From Octopus vulgaris (Eukaryota), in the NCBI GenBank assembly GCA_951406725.2, contig OX597815.1, positions 143,282,001 to 143,346,000 on the forward strand: a DNA stretch of 64,000 bases, written 5' to 3'. This document shows positions 12,501 to 25,683 of the stretch, in pieces. Made by a program: the position numbers and the translations under genes. Positions within the stretch are counted from its first letter, which is position 1; each line of letters starts with the position of its first letter. The notes under the pieces were generated by a model. The model had not been told where the DNA came from. It was given only the letters and a program-made list of their open reading frames with translations, and made no database searches.

Positions 12501-14399
12501 GGAAGATTTCAGTAGCGCCTTTACGAAGAGGCTTGAGCGCTACTTTGAATGCGATGAGAATTTTGAACTTCTTTGACATGTTTCTCCTGAAAAGATTTCT
12601 AAACTTCTGGAATGATCTTCATCTTAAAAGGGCAAAGACACTCTTTGATCATGAATGACCATGGGATTGCACCTAGAAAGTTACCCTCCGAGGCGTAAGT
12701 CCGGACAAGGTTGTCGCCCATGCATGCCAGCCTCCCCTTTCCATGCCACCGATGTTCTCTAAAGGAAAGGCAAAGGCCGATATAGCTTTGCACCAGTGAC
12801 GTCGCAACTCATTTCTACAGATGAGTGAACTGGAGCAACGTGAAATAAAGTGTTTTGTTCAAAGACATGCACACAGTCCGGGCCAGGAATCGAACTCACT
12901 ACCTCTTGATTGTGAGCTCGACACCCCAAGCACTGAACCATATACTATCAAATTCTATGAAGATGGCCATAATTTAGCAGGAAAGTAATTGTCTCTACCT
13001 GATTTCCTGTTAATCTTTCAAACACTTTTCTCTTTATATTTAATATCACTGAGTAATTAACAGCGATGGTTTGCTCACGTTAATTAGGAATTTAATGAAA
13101 ATATTTGCTAGTTCAAATTTCAAAAATGACAAAGTCTTCTACAGTTTACTATCCGCTGTTTTACTTTCGTTCCATAATAATCTCATTTTGTAACAAACCA
13201 ATAATTTACATTTTCATAGGGCTGTAGAAACAAGGAAGCTCTAAAATTTCTTATTTTCGACGATGTTAGCTTAATATATTAACTAAGTGCTTGTGAGCGA
13301 AGATGCTGAATGGAATAATCTTGAGACAGTTTGGTTACGAAGTGATATTCTCAAGCAAACACGCAAGCACACAGTTACGCCTATGCGAAAGGATATCTAT
13401 TACAAATAAACAACACCAAAGCAATGGTTTTCAACCTTTCGTCTCTCGACTGCATCTTTTATGGAATGGTGCTTCACAAACGCTCCTTCATCATCTTTAA
13501 TATATAAACAAAAATCAGTAAATTATTTTAATGAAACTGAAGCTAATTTTGCTCAGTGGTTTATTATCCATATTTTCTTATATTATTCCATCCAATGGAC
13601 TTTGACGCATCATCGGTCATATTTTTACTCATTAACAACCCAATGTCCTACTTAAAATTGTAATCGCGGTTTCAAAATTATTTTCTAAGAATAAGGAAAA
13701 TCACAATTCTAAACATTCTTGACATTTGTCGACCCTTACATTACATCCTCAGAGAAGACTACCACTCAGATAATGGACCACTGGGTTTAACAATATATCC
13801 TTGAAGGCATTGTGCAATATAAATCCCAACTAACTTCCTTTTTTTATTTTGTTCTTATTTGTGTAGCAGAGATTTTTTTCACGATTATGAAAAAATGAGT
13901 TTTTAAATTTCTTTGTTTTAAGTTTTTTGCCAGCTTTCACATTCTCCGTTTCGCAGGACACAACTACTTATAACTTTTCATTTTGGGACATTTTACTTTT
14001 ATTTTTTTGAATTAGATATATTAAACATGGGAGATTAGCATTTTGGCAGAAAAAGTACATTTTAGAGTTATGGGTTAGAATGTTAGGGTTTTAAGTTTCG
14101 GACTTAGGGCTTCGGGGTAGGATTTAAGATTAGGATTTTCGGGCTTACAGCTAGAGTCAGAAATTTAGGATGAGCATCAAACGGTGAAAGCAAATAATAG
14201 AAAATGAATGAATTTGTCAATTTATTTTTTCTTTTAACATACAGATGCAATATATAATGTTTAAAACATAAAAATCCTGAACAAAAAACCCATTTCCAAA
14301 TGAATTAAAAAACAAAAAGGTACGAAAGAAAGGATGTTTATGGCACAAATCAGATATATATTGTATATTATTAGAAATTTCATATATATTAAGTATAAA

Positions 14400-15015
14400 T
14401 TGCTTTCAAGTTTTGGGATAAGGCTAGCAACGTTAGGGGTGGGATTAAGTCGATTAAGTCAACCCCAGTATTTAACTGGTACATATTTTATCGACAGCAA
14501 AAGAATAAAAGGCAAAGTCGATATCGGCAGAATCTGAACTCAGAATGTAAAGACAGACAAAATGCCGCTAAGAATGTTACCCGGCGTGCTAGCAATTATA
14601 TATATACTACTGTATTCTTTACTACTCTAGGCACAAGGCCTGAAACTTTGGAGGCGGGGACAGTCGATTAGATCGACTCAGTACACAACTGGTACTTAAA
14701 TTATCGACCCCGAAAGGATGAAAGGCAAAGTCGACCTCGGCGGAATTTGAACTCAGAACGTAAAGATAGACGAAATACCTATTTCTATTTCTTTACTACC
14801 CACAAGGGGCTAAACACAGAGAGGACAAAAAAGGACAGACAAAGGGATCAAGTCGATTATATCGACCCCAGTGCCTAACTGGACTTAATTTATCGACCCC
14901 GAAAGGATGAAAGGAAAAGTCGACCTCGGCGGAATTTGAACTCAGAACGTAACGGCAGAGGAAATACGGCTACGCAATTCATCCGACGTGCTAACGTTTC
15001 TGCCAGCTCGCCGCT
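14400..15015 (-). mobile_element. Tandem copies (monomer plus dimer) of the Nin/Deu-like-core SINE
   Basis: Three repeats of the tttatcgac..gaaaggcaaagtcga..gaactcagaa core; head ctgccagctcgccgc at the right end. Confidence 0.85.
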
Positions 15016-15859
15016 AGTTCTCCAGTATTATATAGTCATATAACATGAATGAAAAAAATATGCTTTTGCCACTGTGATTAAGATCAGGAAATGTCGCAGA
15101 GGTACAACAATTATAATTTTACTGTTTACACATTTCATGTTGCTTATACAATTTTATTAAGTTAAATCAAATTTTGAAAATAATTAGATTTATTAACTAA
15201 AAACAAGATTTTATAAAAGCTATTTCTCATCAATATATTTGCAATAAATATGTTATCAGTAAAAATGATATCATTAAACTAATATTCTAGTCATGATGTG
15301 TGAAGAAAACAATTTACAAAAGACGACAAAATTTTCCTAAGAGTTATATTTTCCTCTTATGAGTTAATTATTCAAACCATTGCTTTTCTTATTCAATTTC
15401 CTTCATTTTGTTTTATTATGTAATTGCTTGGAAAACTCTACGCTTACGCGCACTCGGGATAAGCTCCACGTGCTGAAAAGAGAAAATATCTGTTAAGGGT
15501 ATCGCATGTCAGTTATTTAGAAGTTTGGTTTTGTTCCAAAATACATATTACAGCCACTTTGAAATGCATCGCCAATGATGTTCTTAGGATTTTTGGTAGT
15601 TTCGGGTCATTCAGCATCAGATCCCGCAACTCTGCCAGGTTGATCCCATCGGAGTTCAGCTAGTCCCGGCTTCCTAGCAGCAATAAGCCATGAGTCGACC
15701 CTCTTAATGCAAAGTCATCTAAGAAGCTTTCTCCGCAGCTTTAACCATTTTACTGATACGGTTATTCATTGCTAAAGAAAAAAGGATAAACCAATTATCT
15801 AGCTTACCTGAGCAGTTTTTCTTGGGCAGTGTTTTTGATAAACTTTATATATCCAATAG

Positions 15860-16193
15860 GTGGAGGAGACCCCCATCGGTCATGAATGGCCATGGGATTG
15901 CACCTAGAAAGTTAGGTGCATGTCAGGGCAAGATTGTTTGTGGAAGGCTAGCAGTCGCCCACGCATACCAGCCTCCCCTCTCCACACTACTGATGTTATC
16001 CAAGGGAAAAGCAAAGGCCGATACAGCTTGGCACCACTGATGTCGCAACTCATTTCTATAGCTGAGTGAACTGGAGCAATGTGAAATAAAGTGTCTTGCT
16101 CAAAAACACAACACACAGCCCGGTCCGGGAATCAAACTTACAACCTCACGATTGTAAGCTCTGCGCTCTAACCACTGAGCCATGCGCCTTCAC
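15860..16193 (-). mobile_element. tRNA-derived SINE (head 2-like, tail D); second copy at ~12640-12945
   Basis: Both copies share catgggattgcacctagaaagtt...aaggccgata.agct..gcacca.tga.gtcgcaactcatttcta and a tRNA-like head. Confidence 0.8.
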
Positions 16194-16958
16194 TATATGT
16201 CCACTATACAAACAATACTTAGGTGACCGGTAATGAAGTCACAGGGGGGAAAAAATGTCACAGTAATAAAGCCATAATTTTGGCTAGGAAAAAAAAAGTC
16301 TCAATTAATTTATGGGATCTGGACAAAACTCCCCTAGGACAAAACCCCCTCGGACAACCCCCACTCCAACCCCGGACAAAACCCCCTATGCCTTTTTTTT
16401 TCCAGTGACTTTTTTTTTTTGACTTTTTTTTTTACCTGGATTCAATATTTATGCCGTCCACTCATTCGGTTGTATGAGACTTGCAACTCTTACTCTCCCA
16501 CACTCTTAACTCTTACCCTTTATCTTTCTTTCTGCTGCCTGTTCTTACTACTTTATCCCCTTTAGTAATCGCAAATGATTGCTGTTTCACAGAGTAGAAG
16601 TATAATTCTGATGACATAGTATTTTACTGGTACTGACAAAGAATAACGGTTTTTTGTGGGGGAAAAATGTCTAAAATGTTTAATTATAAAGTACTTCGGG
16701 AAAGAAATTACAATAGCACGAATCGGTTGTATTTACAAGGGAGGTAACTTTGTATGTGTATTGAAGAATGGCATAAAAATCGCCTCTTTCTGCAAGCCAT
16801 TCTCTCTCTTTCTTTCTTTTTTCTCTCTTTCTTTCTTTCTTTCTTTCTTTCTTTATTTATTTATTCTTAATTTCTCTGTTGTGTAGCTTAGACATATATA
16901 ACACATGCATACACACACATTCGAAGAAAAAGTGAAGATGGTAAAAGAGTAGAAGTTA

Positions 16959-17880
16959 AATAATAATAATATAATAATAATGAAATTATTGTATACAGTG
17001 CTCAGGTGCACCACAACTTGTCAGAAAGTGCATATAAAGTACATGCAGTAATGTAGAAATGTCTGGAAAGCGAACAATGTATGAGTCATACATGCTTGTG
17101 TGTGTATGGAGGGGAGAAAATCAAGTGTAGTGTTGGCGAATCTCAGGAAGCATGGAAGTTTTGAAGGATGCAGTGCTCCGACAACTAACAACTTATGCCG
17201 GCAGTTTGTTCCATGCTTCAGCAACTCTCAGCGTGAAAAAGTGTTTCTTGAAGTCATGGGAGCTATGCTGTTTTCTTACTTTGTAAATATGTCCACGGGT
17301 GTTAGATGGGTGGAGTTTGAAAAGGTGCTCAGAGTTATTGTTTGTACGATGGTTGATAATTTTATGGGTGTCTGCCAAGTCAGCTGCCAGACGTCGGAGT
17401 TTCAATGTGTCCATGCCCAGGGAAGTAAGGCGTTCAGGATATGGCAAATGCCTGATGGAGGGTATTCTTTTGGTTGTACGTCGCTGAACAGCTTCCAGAC
17501 GATTGATATCCTGGGCAAGATAGGGGTTCCAGACCGGTGATGCAAATTCCAGGTGAGGTCTTACCATAGCTATATAAAGCCGCAGATAGATAGCCGGAGA
17601 GCGGCTCACAAAGGATTTGGTGAGTGATGCCAAGACACCCTCAGCCTTCTTGACAATTTTAGCGATGTGTTTTGTCCAACGCAAATCACTGTCGACAATA
17701 ACACCCAGGTCACGTTCACATGAAGACTTTTTGAGACTAGTGTTGTGGAGGGAGTAGGTGGACGCTGGGTTTTTCCTCCCAAAATGCATGGTAGTACATT
17801 TGTCCACAGCCAGCTTGAGTTGCCAGTCCATCATCCACTGCTGCATTGTGTCCAGGTCTGCTTGCAATAGAGATCTATAG
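16959..17880 (-). mobile_element. 5'-truncated CR1-like LINE, same family as 50570-52140
   Basis: The 224-aa ORF aligns to the C-terminal half of the 415-aa RT ORF (DLDTMQQW...RVAEAWNKLPA); shared 3' end gtgcacctgagcactgta and (TTA)n tail. Confidence 0.93.
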
Positions 17881-18137
17881 TGTACAGGATTTGACCTCTT
17901 TATTTCGAGGTACAGCTTGATGTCGACAGTCTATCATATCTCTCTCTCTCTCTCTTGCTCTTTCTCTCTCTCTTGCTCTTTCTCTCTCTCTCTTGCTCTC
18001 TCTCTCTCTCTTGCTCTCTCTCTCTCTCCTTTCCACTTCACAACAAACGAACCAACCAGACACCAGCACATAAGAGTTGTTAAATAATTATACTTAAAGG
18101 AAAAAGTTTTAAATGCTTATATATATATACACACACA

Positions 18138-18315
18138 CCGTATTTTAATGTGTATAAGGAACCCTTGTGTATAAGGAACCGTCTAAATTTTGGGGCTTAA
18201 AATTTGGAAAAAGGTTTTGTAAGGGATTATAATGCTATCCATGTATAAGAAACTCCCATAGTTTTTAAACCTAATTTTTGACAAAAATGGGTTCCTTATA
18301 CACGTTAAAATACCG
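18138..18315. mobile_element. Tc2/pogo-like MITE about 65 nt upstream of Rab exon 2
   Basis: Terminal inverted repeats ccgtattttaatgtgtataaggaaccc / gggttccttatacacgttaaaataccg (about 27 bp, 2 mismatches) plus internal tgtataagga repeats. Confidence 0.75.
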
Positions 18316-18382
18316 TGTATGTGTGTGTGTACATATATCCTAAAATATACTGTAGTAAGGTGTGTTTTCTTTTTGCCGCCAG

Positions 18383-18489
18383 GAGATGCATCAGTGGGAA
18401 AATCAAGTTTCCTAAACCAATACATTGAAGGAAAAGCCCCATCAACGTTTATACCAACGATTGGTATCGACTTTCGGAACAAGAAACTG
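18383..18489 (+). CDS. Rab27: Rab27-like GTPase exon 2 (G1 P-loop and switch I: GDASVGKSS...FIPTIGIDFRNKKL)
   Basis: Pyrimidine tract plus CAG acceptor at 18380-18382; GxxxxGKS and TIGIDF motifs; donor GTCAGT at 18490; phase 1 to 0. Confidence 0.93.
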
Positions 18490-18597
18490 GTCAGTACTGC
18501 TGGACAGAAGCAGTAGGGAGGAGAGGAAACAGTTTTGTATTCCTTTACATTTTTAAGGATTGTTTCAATGAAAAGTAGCTTTCCTAATACAAACACA

Positions 18598-18785
18598 TTC
18601 TCTCTCTTTCTCTCTGTCTCTCTCTCTCACACTTTCATTCTTTCTCTCTTTCTCTCTGTCTCTCTCTCACACTTTCTTTCTTTCTTTCTTTCTCTCTCTC
18701 TCTCTCTCTCTCTGTGGAGACAAACAAAAACACATACATACATACATACATAAATACATGCATACATACATACATACATACATAA

Positions 18786-18820
<35 letters not shown>

Positions 18821-18853
18821 TACATGCATGCATGCATACATACATACATACAT

Positions 18854-18890
<37 letters not shown>

Positions 18891-18951
18891 TACATGCATG
18901 CATGCATACATACATACATACATACATACATACATACATACATACATACAT

Positions 18952-18989
<38 letters not shown>

Positions 18990-19001
18990 GCACATACACA
19001 C
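18598..19001. repeat. Compound microsatellite (CT)n/(TACA)n/(CA)n with an internally duplicated unit
   Basis: Direct inspection; source of several spurious ORFs. Confidence 0.95.
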
Positions 19002-21147
19002 AGGAGCTTTGGCTCATTGTCGGCTATGTACTCGGCAAGCTCGTCAACATTAAAACATGTCTCACGCAGCAAATGTGAAGAGAGAGTGTTTGTGCCTTCC
19101 CGGTTTGTTGAAGGTAGGCCATAGACCGGCAAGGCACTACTGCCCATATCAAGTACAGTATCTTCGAACGTAGTTTGTTACCACACAGCCACACCTGCCC
19201 CTATGTATGTGTGTGTGTGTGTGTGCGCGTATGTGTGTATGGGTAGATATATTATGCATGTATATATGTGTATATATATATGTGTACATATTACATGTAC
19301 ATCTATATATATACATCTACACATAAAATACAAAATACAAAGTTATATCTTGATATCGCTAGTGATAAAAATACTCAAAATATATAACAGACTGGAATTG
19401 TAGGCCCGTCTCTTGCAATTTCGATCAATTGGATCTTGTCCTCCCTCTTGTATAGAAGTGTATGGCTGCAGCGAAATTCATTTTTGGACTTTCTTCTATC
19501 GAAGACATTTTAACAAAAATGCTTCCGTAATGACGGTGAAAATATTGTCAATTTCCCCAAACAGGGACACAATTCAATTTTTAAACAATAACCAAAGCCC
19601 CTTCTCCGAAAGGGGAGGGTTACGGTTTACAATTATTTAACAAATGCAACACAACAACGTTTCCCTGACGAGGAACCAACAAACATGATTACAATAGTCA
19701 AACAGTAATAATAATAACAACAAACCTTTTTAATTTATCCCCATTTATGTGAAACCACTTATTCAAGTTCAAGTCATTGATGCAATTTTATACGAATTGC
19801 TAACACACACACACACACACATAATGAGGGTGAAAAATTGAATATTAATTTGATTAATATGAATTGAAAACCAGTGGTGTAGCATATAAGACCATAGCGG
19901 ATCTTCCTCTAGCAAAAAAGATGACCAGTATTAATGGCTCATCCCTGTTATATAAATACTTTCACTTTAATAGTTTCACACTTGCAAAGAGAAAGTAGGA
20001 GAAAGTGTGGTGGTAATAGCAGGAGTAAACCACTTGAAATGAGAGAGGAAAATCGTAAAATATTGAGTTTTCTCGAATTTTTGCTTAATTGGGGATCAAA
20101 TTGAAAAAACTTTACATGCCATGACCCAATCGAATCTACTTGGAAAAATCATAGGTAAATTCCAATTGAAGAAATTCTATATTGTAGAATTGTATTAAAA
20201 AGAAACATGGGAACATCAGAGAAAATCTGCCTTTTATCATGAGATGCATACATACACACAAACACACTCACATACATACATACATACATACATACATACA
20301 TACATACATACATACATACATACATACATACATACATACATACATACATACATACATACATTTATCAACCCCGAAAGGATGAAAGGTAAAGTTGACCTCG
20401 GTGCAATTTGAACTCAGAACATAGCGACCTATTATTATTGAAGCAACGTAAAGCGGTGAACTGACAGGATTGTAAGCATGCTGGACGAAATGCTTAGCAG
20501 TACTTCACCCGTCGATATGTCCTGAGTTCAAATTGCACCGAGGTCGACTTTACCTTTCAACCTTTCGGAGTCGATAAATTAAGTACTAGTTGAGTAATCG
20601 ACTATCCCCTCCCCCTAATTTCAGGCCTTGTGCCTATTATAGAAAGGATTATTGGAGCAACAGGGTGCGTATCAAGACGCCTTGGGCAAAATATAGCTGA
20701 ACTTGGGTTCTTGAAGCAAGAATGCACCACCGTAATTCCTACACTTCAGATATCTGGGTCGATAAAAATGTGCAAGACAGTCTTAAAATTTAAAGAATGA
20801 TAAATAAAACAGATGCTTTCCTTCACAACCTTTCTACCAAGCAGGTGAGAGTCAAAATTAATCCTAAACTTAAACGAGGGAACGAAAATATACATGCACA
20901 CATACATATACACATGCATACATAAACACATACGTAAGCAAATATGTTTATAGTTTATGCTGAAGAATTACAAATTTAGGAAACTTGACGCTTTTGCCAC
21001 TAGTAGAACAACATCTGACAACCAAAGAATTCACCATGGTCACCAATAATCTCACTAAGTCATCTTTTTAATCTCTGAAGTTCTTGACCGTAATTAATCA
21101 TTACGAGAATGTGTTTTCTCCTGTCTTCAAGTGTAATTTGAATTATT

Positions 21148-21547
21148 CTTCTACTCTTCTACTTGTTTCAGTCATTTGACTGCGGCCATACTGGAGCACT
21201 ACCTTTAGTCGAACAAGTCTACACCAGAACTTATTTTTTGTAAACCTAGTATTTATTCTATCAATCTCTTTTGCCGAACTGTTAAGTTACGGGGACGTAA
21301 ACACATCAGCATAGGTTGTCAAGTGATGGTGGGGGACAAACACAGACACAAAGACACATACACATAAATATATATACATATATATATATACGAAGGGCTT
21401 CCTTCAGTTTACGTCTACGAAATCCACCCACAAGGCTTTGGTCGACCCGGGGCTATAGTAGAAGAAACTTGCCCAAGGTGCCATGCGGTGGGACTGTATC
21501 TAGAACCATGTGGTTGGGAAGCAAGCTTCTTACCACACAGCCACACC
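21148..21547 (-). mobile_element. SINE family with internal (CA/TA)n spacer; other copies at 1-84(+), 8510-8890(-), 34320-35120(-), 35370-35527(-), 42442-42855(+)
   Basis: Recurrent cttgtttcagtcatttgactgcggccatgctgg...gctaagttacggggacgtaaacac...tagtagaagacacttgcccaaggtgcca..gtgggactgaacccggaaccatgtgg. Confidence 0.85.
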
Positions 21548-22965
21548 TTACTTACAATAAGTATATCAATATGCACTTGCCTATTGTTTTTTCATGCAAC
21601 ACGCGTACCTGGATGTTCACACCTCCACCGATACTACCACCACCATCACCACAAGTTTTCCGTTTACCTTACATAGGCACAATTCTTTAAATCTACGTAG
21701 AAGGAACCCGTAGGATAAGCTTGTGCTCATACCTTTCCTATGTCTCTTTTCTATCGCATTGTTTATAAAGAGACGTATTTGTTTATGAAAGGTCGTAACT
21801 TACAGTGATAGCTCTGAATTCTATAGAAACAGAAGATAATATATAATCTTAAAAATGAAATTATAGCACTGTTCACACGCAGTAAGACACTGTATAGATT
21901 TATAAACTTGTATTTTGTAAATGGCATTTTGGTATGATTACAAAACAAAATAGTGTTGTCTTACCAAGTCGTTAACATTCAAAGGGTAATGAAAATGCAC
22001 CATAAATGTTACCTTCCACTGGACGCTTCAGGAAAGGATGAGCTTCAATGATAGCGGTACACAGCTTGTTGGTTCACATAAGCAGATACAGTTATAGTAG
22101 CGGTAGAAGAGTCAAAAGCTCGACACAGCACGGTTATGGAAAGTGCCTCTGATTGTTGTGTATTCGAGAGGAGTGGAGAAGGAAGAGTTTTAATGCAAAT
22201 GCAAAGTGATCGTCTGTGTAACAACTACTCGTTCCTTGATGTGGTGAGCAGTAATCTAGTGTGAATGACATTTAAACACGACGTGTATTGTTCAAACCTA
22301 TTTATAGACACCCGTCTATCCACATATCATCATCACCATCACCATCAGCACCAATACCACCATCCTCTCCCTCCTCTTCCTCCTCATTATCATCATCATC
22401 AGGCGAATTGGAAGGGTCGCTGGAACGTCGGATAGAATATCTCGCGGTACATTTTCTGATACTCAGCGCTCTGTATCCAAAACCCACCGGGGTCAAACTT
22501 TACCTTTCACCCTTTTAGTGTCGATAAAAAAAAAATTTGAAGCTACCGATTTAGGGCGGTGAATTATCAGAACTGTACGAACGTCGAACCGGTTATCTTG
22601 AGGTATTTGTTCAGGCTCCTGGTATTCTCAGTTCAAATTCCGCTCTGGAATATGATTTGTACTTGATTTGTAGATTTTATCCGTGATCCAGCCCCTAATA
22701 CCTTGGGTTGCTATAACGCAAGCATCATAGAAGACTGAAAGATACCCTCAAACCAGGGCCAGGTCTCTGGTTTGAGAGTATCATCCTCCTTCCAAGCGTC
22801 TCATCTCGTAGGCCCTGGAGCCCTGCCTTGTCTTCTGACTAAAAGATTTAGAAAAACATCATCCTCATTGCCATCATCGTTGTCGTCTTCGTCTTCGTCA
22901 TCATTATCGACAGCAACCACATGTATTCTGATGTGATCAAAAGAAATCTGTTCTCTGTTTTGCAG

Positions 22966-23060
22966 TCCTACAAATATTCTTACTCAAACGCTCAAGGTTC
23001 AGTGGCGGTTGCCTACCACAAAGTCTGTGTCCAGCTGTGGGATACAGCTGGTATGGAAAG
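22966..23060 (+). CDS. Rab27: Rab27-like GTPase exon 3 (SYKYSYSNAQGSVAVAYHKVCVQLWDTAGME-R)
   Basis: Acceptor ttctctgttttgcag; QLWDTAG motif preceded by a Rab27-type insert between beta2 and beta3; donor AG|GTAGGT; phase 0 to 2. Confidence 0.92.
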
Positions 23061-24170
23061 GTAGGTAAGGTAATGGCCGAAATACAGACTTTCTTCTCTG
23101 ATCAGCAACATAACCAATGGCTCTCTCAGTTGAGTAACCTTCTCCACTTGGATACTTGGTTATGGTGTTGTCGTTGTTCTTGTTATTGTCATTGGTGTTT
23201 TTATTGTTGTTATAGGCGTTGTTATTGTTATTTTCGTATTTTTGCTGTTGCTTTTCTTATTGGTATTGTTGTTTCTGTTGTCATTGCTTCTTTGTTGTTG
23301 TTGTTGTGCTTGTTAATGTTCCTACTGGTGTTGTTATCGTAGCCGTTCTTGTTGACGTTAATGGTGTTTGTCTTTGTTGTTATTATTGTTGTTGCTGCTG
23401 CTGTTGTCGATGTTACAGTTGTCGTTTTTACTGACATAGCTGTTATTGTTGATGCTAAGATCCATTTCAGCTTTGATCGAACAAACCTACGACCAGCTGT
23501 ATCTCAACCGTGGCCACCCGGTTCTTTTATTTTCAAGCATAATATCTTCAAGAGTTCATTGTCAAATATGTCCTTCCTTTTTGAAATATGTGATATATGA
23601 TTTGATGTAGAATTGGGTGCAATTTCTAGGATGACTACCGGCCACATAGAGACTCTTTTTATGGCCAGGTGTTGTCCACGATCATTAATAGAGGCTACAG
23701 ATCGTTCTTATTTTACTAAAAAAAATATTAACAAATTATACTTACAGCCAGTTATAGATATAACTGTAATGATAATGAAAATTAATTATTTAATATTATA
23801 ATCTAACAATATTAATGATGTAAAGTGACAAGTATGCGTTTGAGCTAACGACTACATTAACACATGCTCTGTACCTTTGCAGTGATCTCTGTCGAAAGCT
23901 ACACATTAGCTTAGCGAATTTAATCATTATTAGTGACGCAGAATATTGCAGAAGGGCCCAAAAGCCATAATGAATACCTTCAAAATCCAGGATAACAGAA
24001 TTCGAGAAAGTTCTAACGAGAGAGAAATCAAAGACGGGAACATCAAAAGAAGTGTGATGAGGAAAATCATCACATTTTCAATTGAACTTTTGTTTATCTC
24101 TTTCAATCGATATATGCACAAGTTGTGTTTATATTTATACACACTGCATGTCTTAGTCAATATATGTGAG

Positions 24171-24216
<46 letters not shown>

Positions 24217-24331
24217 CGAGTGCAGAGAGAGAGAGAGAGAGAGAGCTGGAGGGAAGGAGAGATATTGATACATACATACATACATACATACATACATACA
24301 TACATACATACATACGTGCGTGCGTGCGTGC

Positions 24332-24381
<50 letters not shown>

Positions 24382-24557
24382 AGCATGTTTAATATTGATT
24401 AAATTACATCTATCAGTCAATATATGCTCAGCTTAGAGTGCTTAACCGTCACTCGTTAGCGCATATGACTTAGTACCTTGTAATTATATGAATATGTACG
24501 TATATTACTATATAAAGCTATTCCCCACCTAATTGTATGGCCTTCTTTTTCAATCAG

Positions 24558-24785
24558 GTTCCATTCCTTGACAACGTCCTACTTCAGAGACGCAAAAGGA
24601 TTTTTCTTGATGATTGATCTGACCAATGAAAATACTTTCGTAAACGCTTTCGCTTGGTTACAAAAAATGGAAGAATATGGTCCCAGATCTGGCTACGATG
24701 TAATCATTGTTGGCAATAAAATAGATCTTGTAGACCGTCGCAAAATCAGTGCAGAGACTTTACATAAATTTGCTGAAAATCACAG
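24558..24785 (+). CDS. Rab27: Rab27-like GTPase exon 4 (FHSLTTSYFRDAKGFFLMIDLTNE...IVGNKIDL...FAENH-R)
   Basis: Acceptor cttctttttcaatcag; resembles Rab27 [25 protein letters not shown]; G4 motif GNKID; donor AG|GTTTGT; 228 nt, phase 2 to 2. Confidence 0.93.
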
Positions 24786-24888
24786 GTTTGTTAGAAACAA
24801 TCATCTCCTTTTAACTGTCATAAATTTGTTTTCAACACATTCCATCGAAACAGCTATTTAATTCCTGGTATATTAATATACTAATGAG

Positions 24889-25210
24889 TGAGGGCGCGTG
24901 GCTTAGTGGTTAGGGCATTCGGCTCATGGTCGTAAGGTTGTGAGTTCGATTCCCGGCGACGCGTTGTGTCCTTGAGCAAGACACTTTATTTCACGTTGCT
25001 CCAGTCCACTCAGCTGGCAAAAATGAGTTGTACTTGTATTTCAAAGGGTCAGCCTTGTCACTCTCTGTGTCACGCTGATTATCCCCGAGAACTACGTTAA
25101 GGGTACACGTGTCTGTGGAATGCTCAGCCATTTGCACGTTAATTTCACGAGCAAGCTGTTCCGTTGATCGTATCAGCTGGGACCCTCGTCGTCGTAACCG
25201 GCGGAGTCTT
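24889..25210 (+). mobile_element. tRNA-derived SINE (head 2, tail A)
   Basis: A-box tggcttagtgg, B-box gagttcgattccc; body tgtgtccttgagcaagacac; tail shared with 6418-6806. Confidence 0.85.
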
Positions 25211-25449
25211 TTTTTAGAATATACTAATGTAGTTAATGTGCGCTTTAGAGATATCCTGTACTTAATGAGTATTTTTTATTCATTTATAATCGAGCGTGTG
25301 TGTAATTTTTTGTTATATATGGATGCGTGTATATGTGTGTACCAGCATGTATATGCCTTCATGTGCGTGCTTGCATAGAGCTTGCATATGTGTTCTTGCA
25401 TGATTGTGTGTATCTGTGTAGGTACGTGTGAGCTATAAATAGCAACTTA

Positions 25450-25683
25450 AATAATATAAATGCGCCCTTTTTAAAGCCTAGCCAGGCTCATGGGCCCGGT
25501 TTCCCGGTTTCTATGGCGTATGTGTTCCCCAGCTGGACGGGACGCCAGTCTATCGCAGCGTTACTCATTTTTGCCAGCTGAGTGGACTGGAGCAACGTGA
25601 AGGCGTCACCCGGTCCAGGAATCGAAACCACAATCTTTCGATCATGATGCTGACACCCTAACCACTAAGCCACGCGCCTCCAC
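25450..25683 (-). mobile_element. tRNA-derived SINE (head 2, tail C) with 13-bp TSD
   Basis: TSD aaatagcaactta at 25437-25449 and 25684-25696. Confidence 0.88.

Noticed and set aside
14060-14170. ttaggg-like motifs suggesting a telomere
   Set aside because: Highly degenerate and internal; more likely part of an old element.
18627-19147. Many ORFs rich in [16 protein letters not shown] (also ~7400, 9300, 24000, 30400, 34900, 59300, 60500, 62600)
   Set aside because: Translations of (TACA)n, (CA)n and (TA)n microsatellites, not genes.
23037-23600. Hydrophobic or Cys-rich ORFs after Rab exon 3
   Set aside because: Degenerate (GTT)n low-complexity intron sequence.
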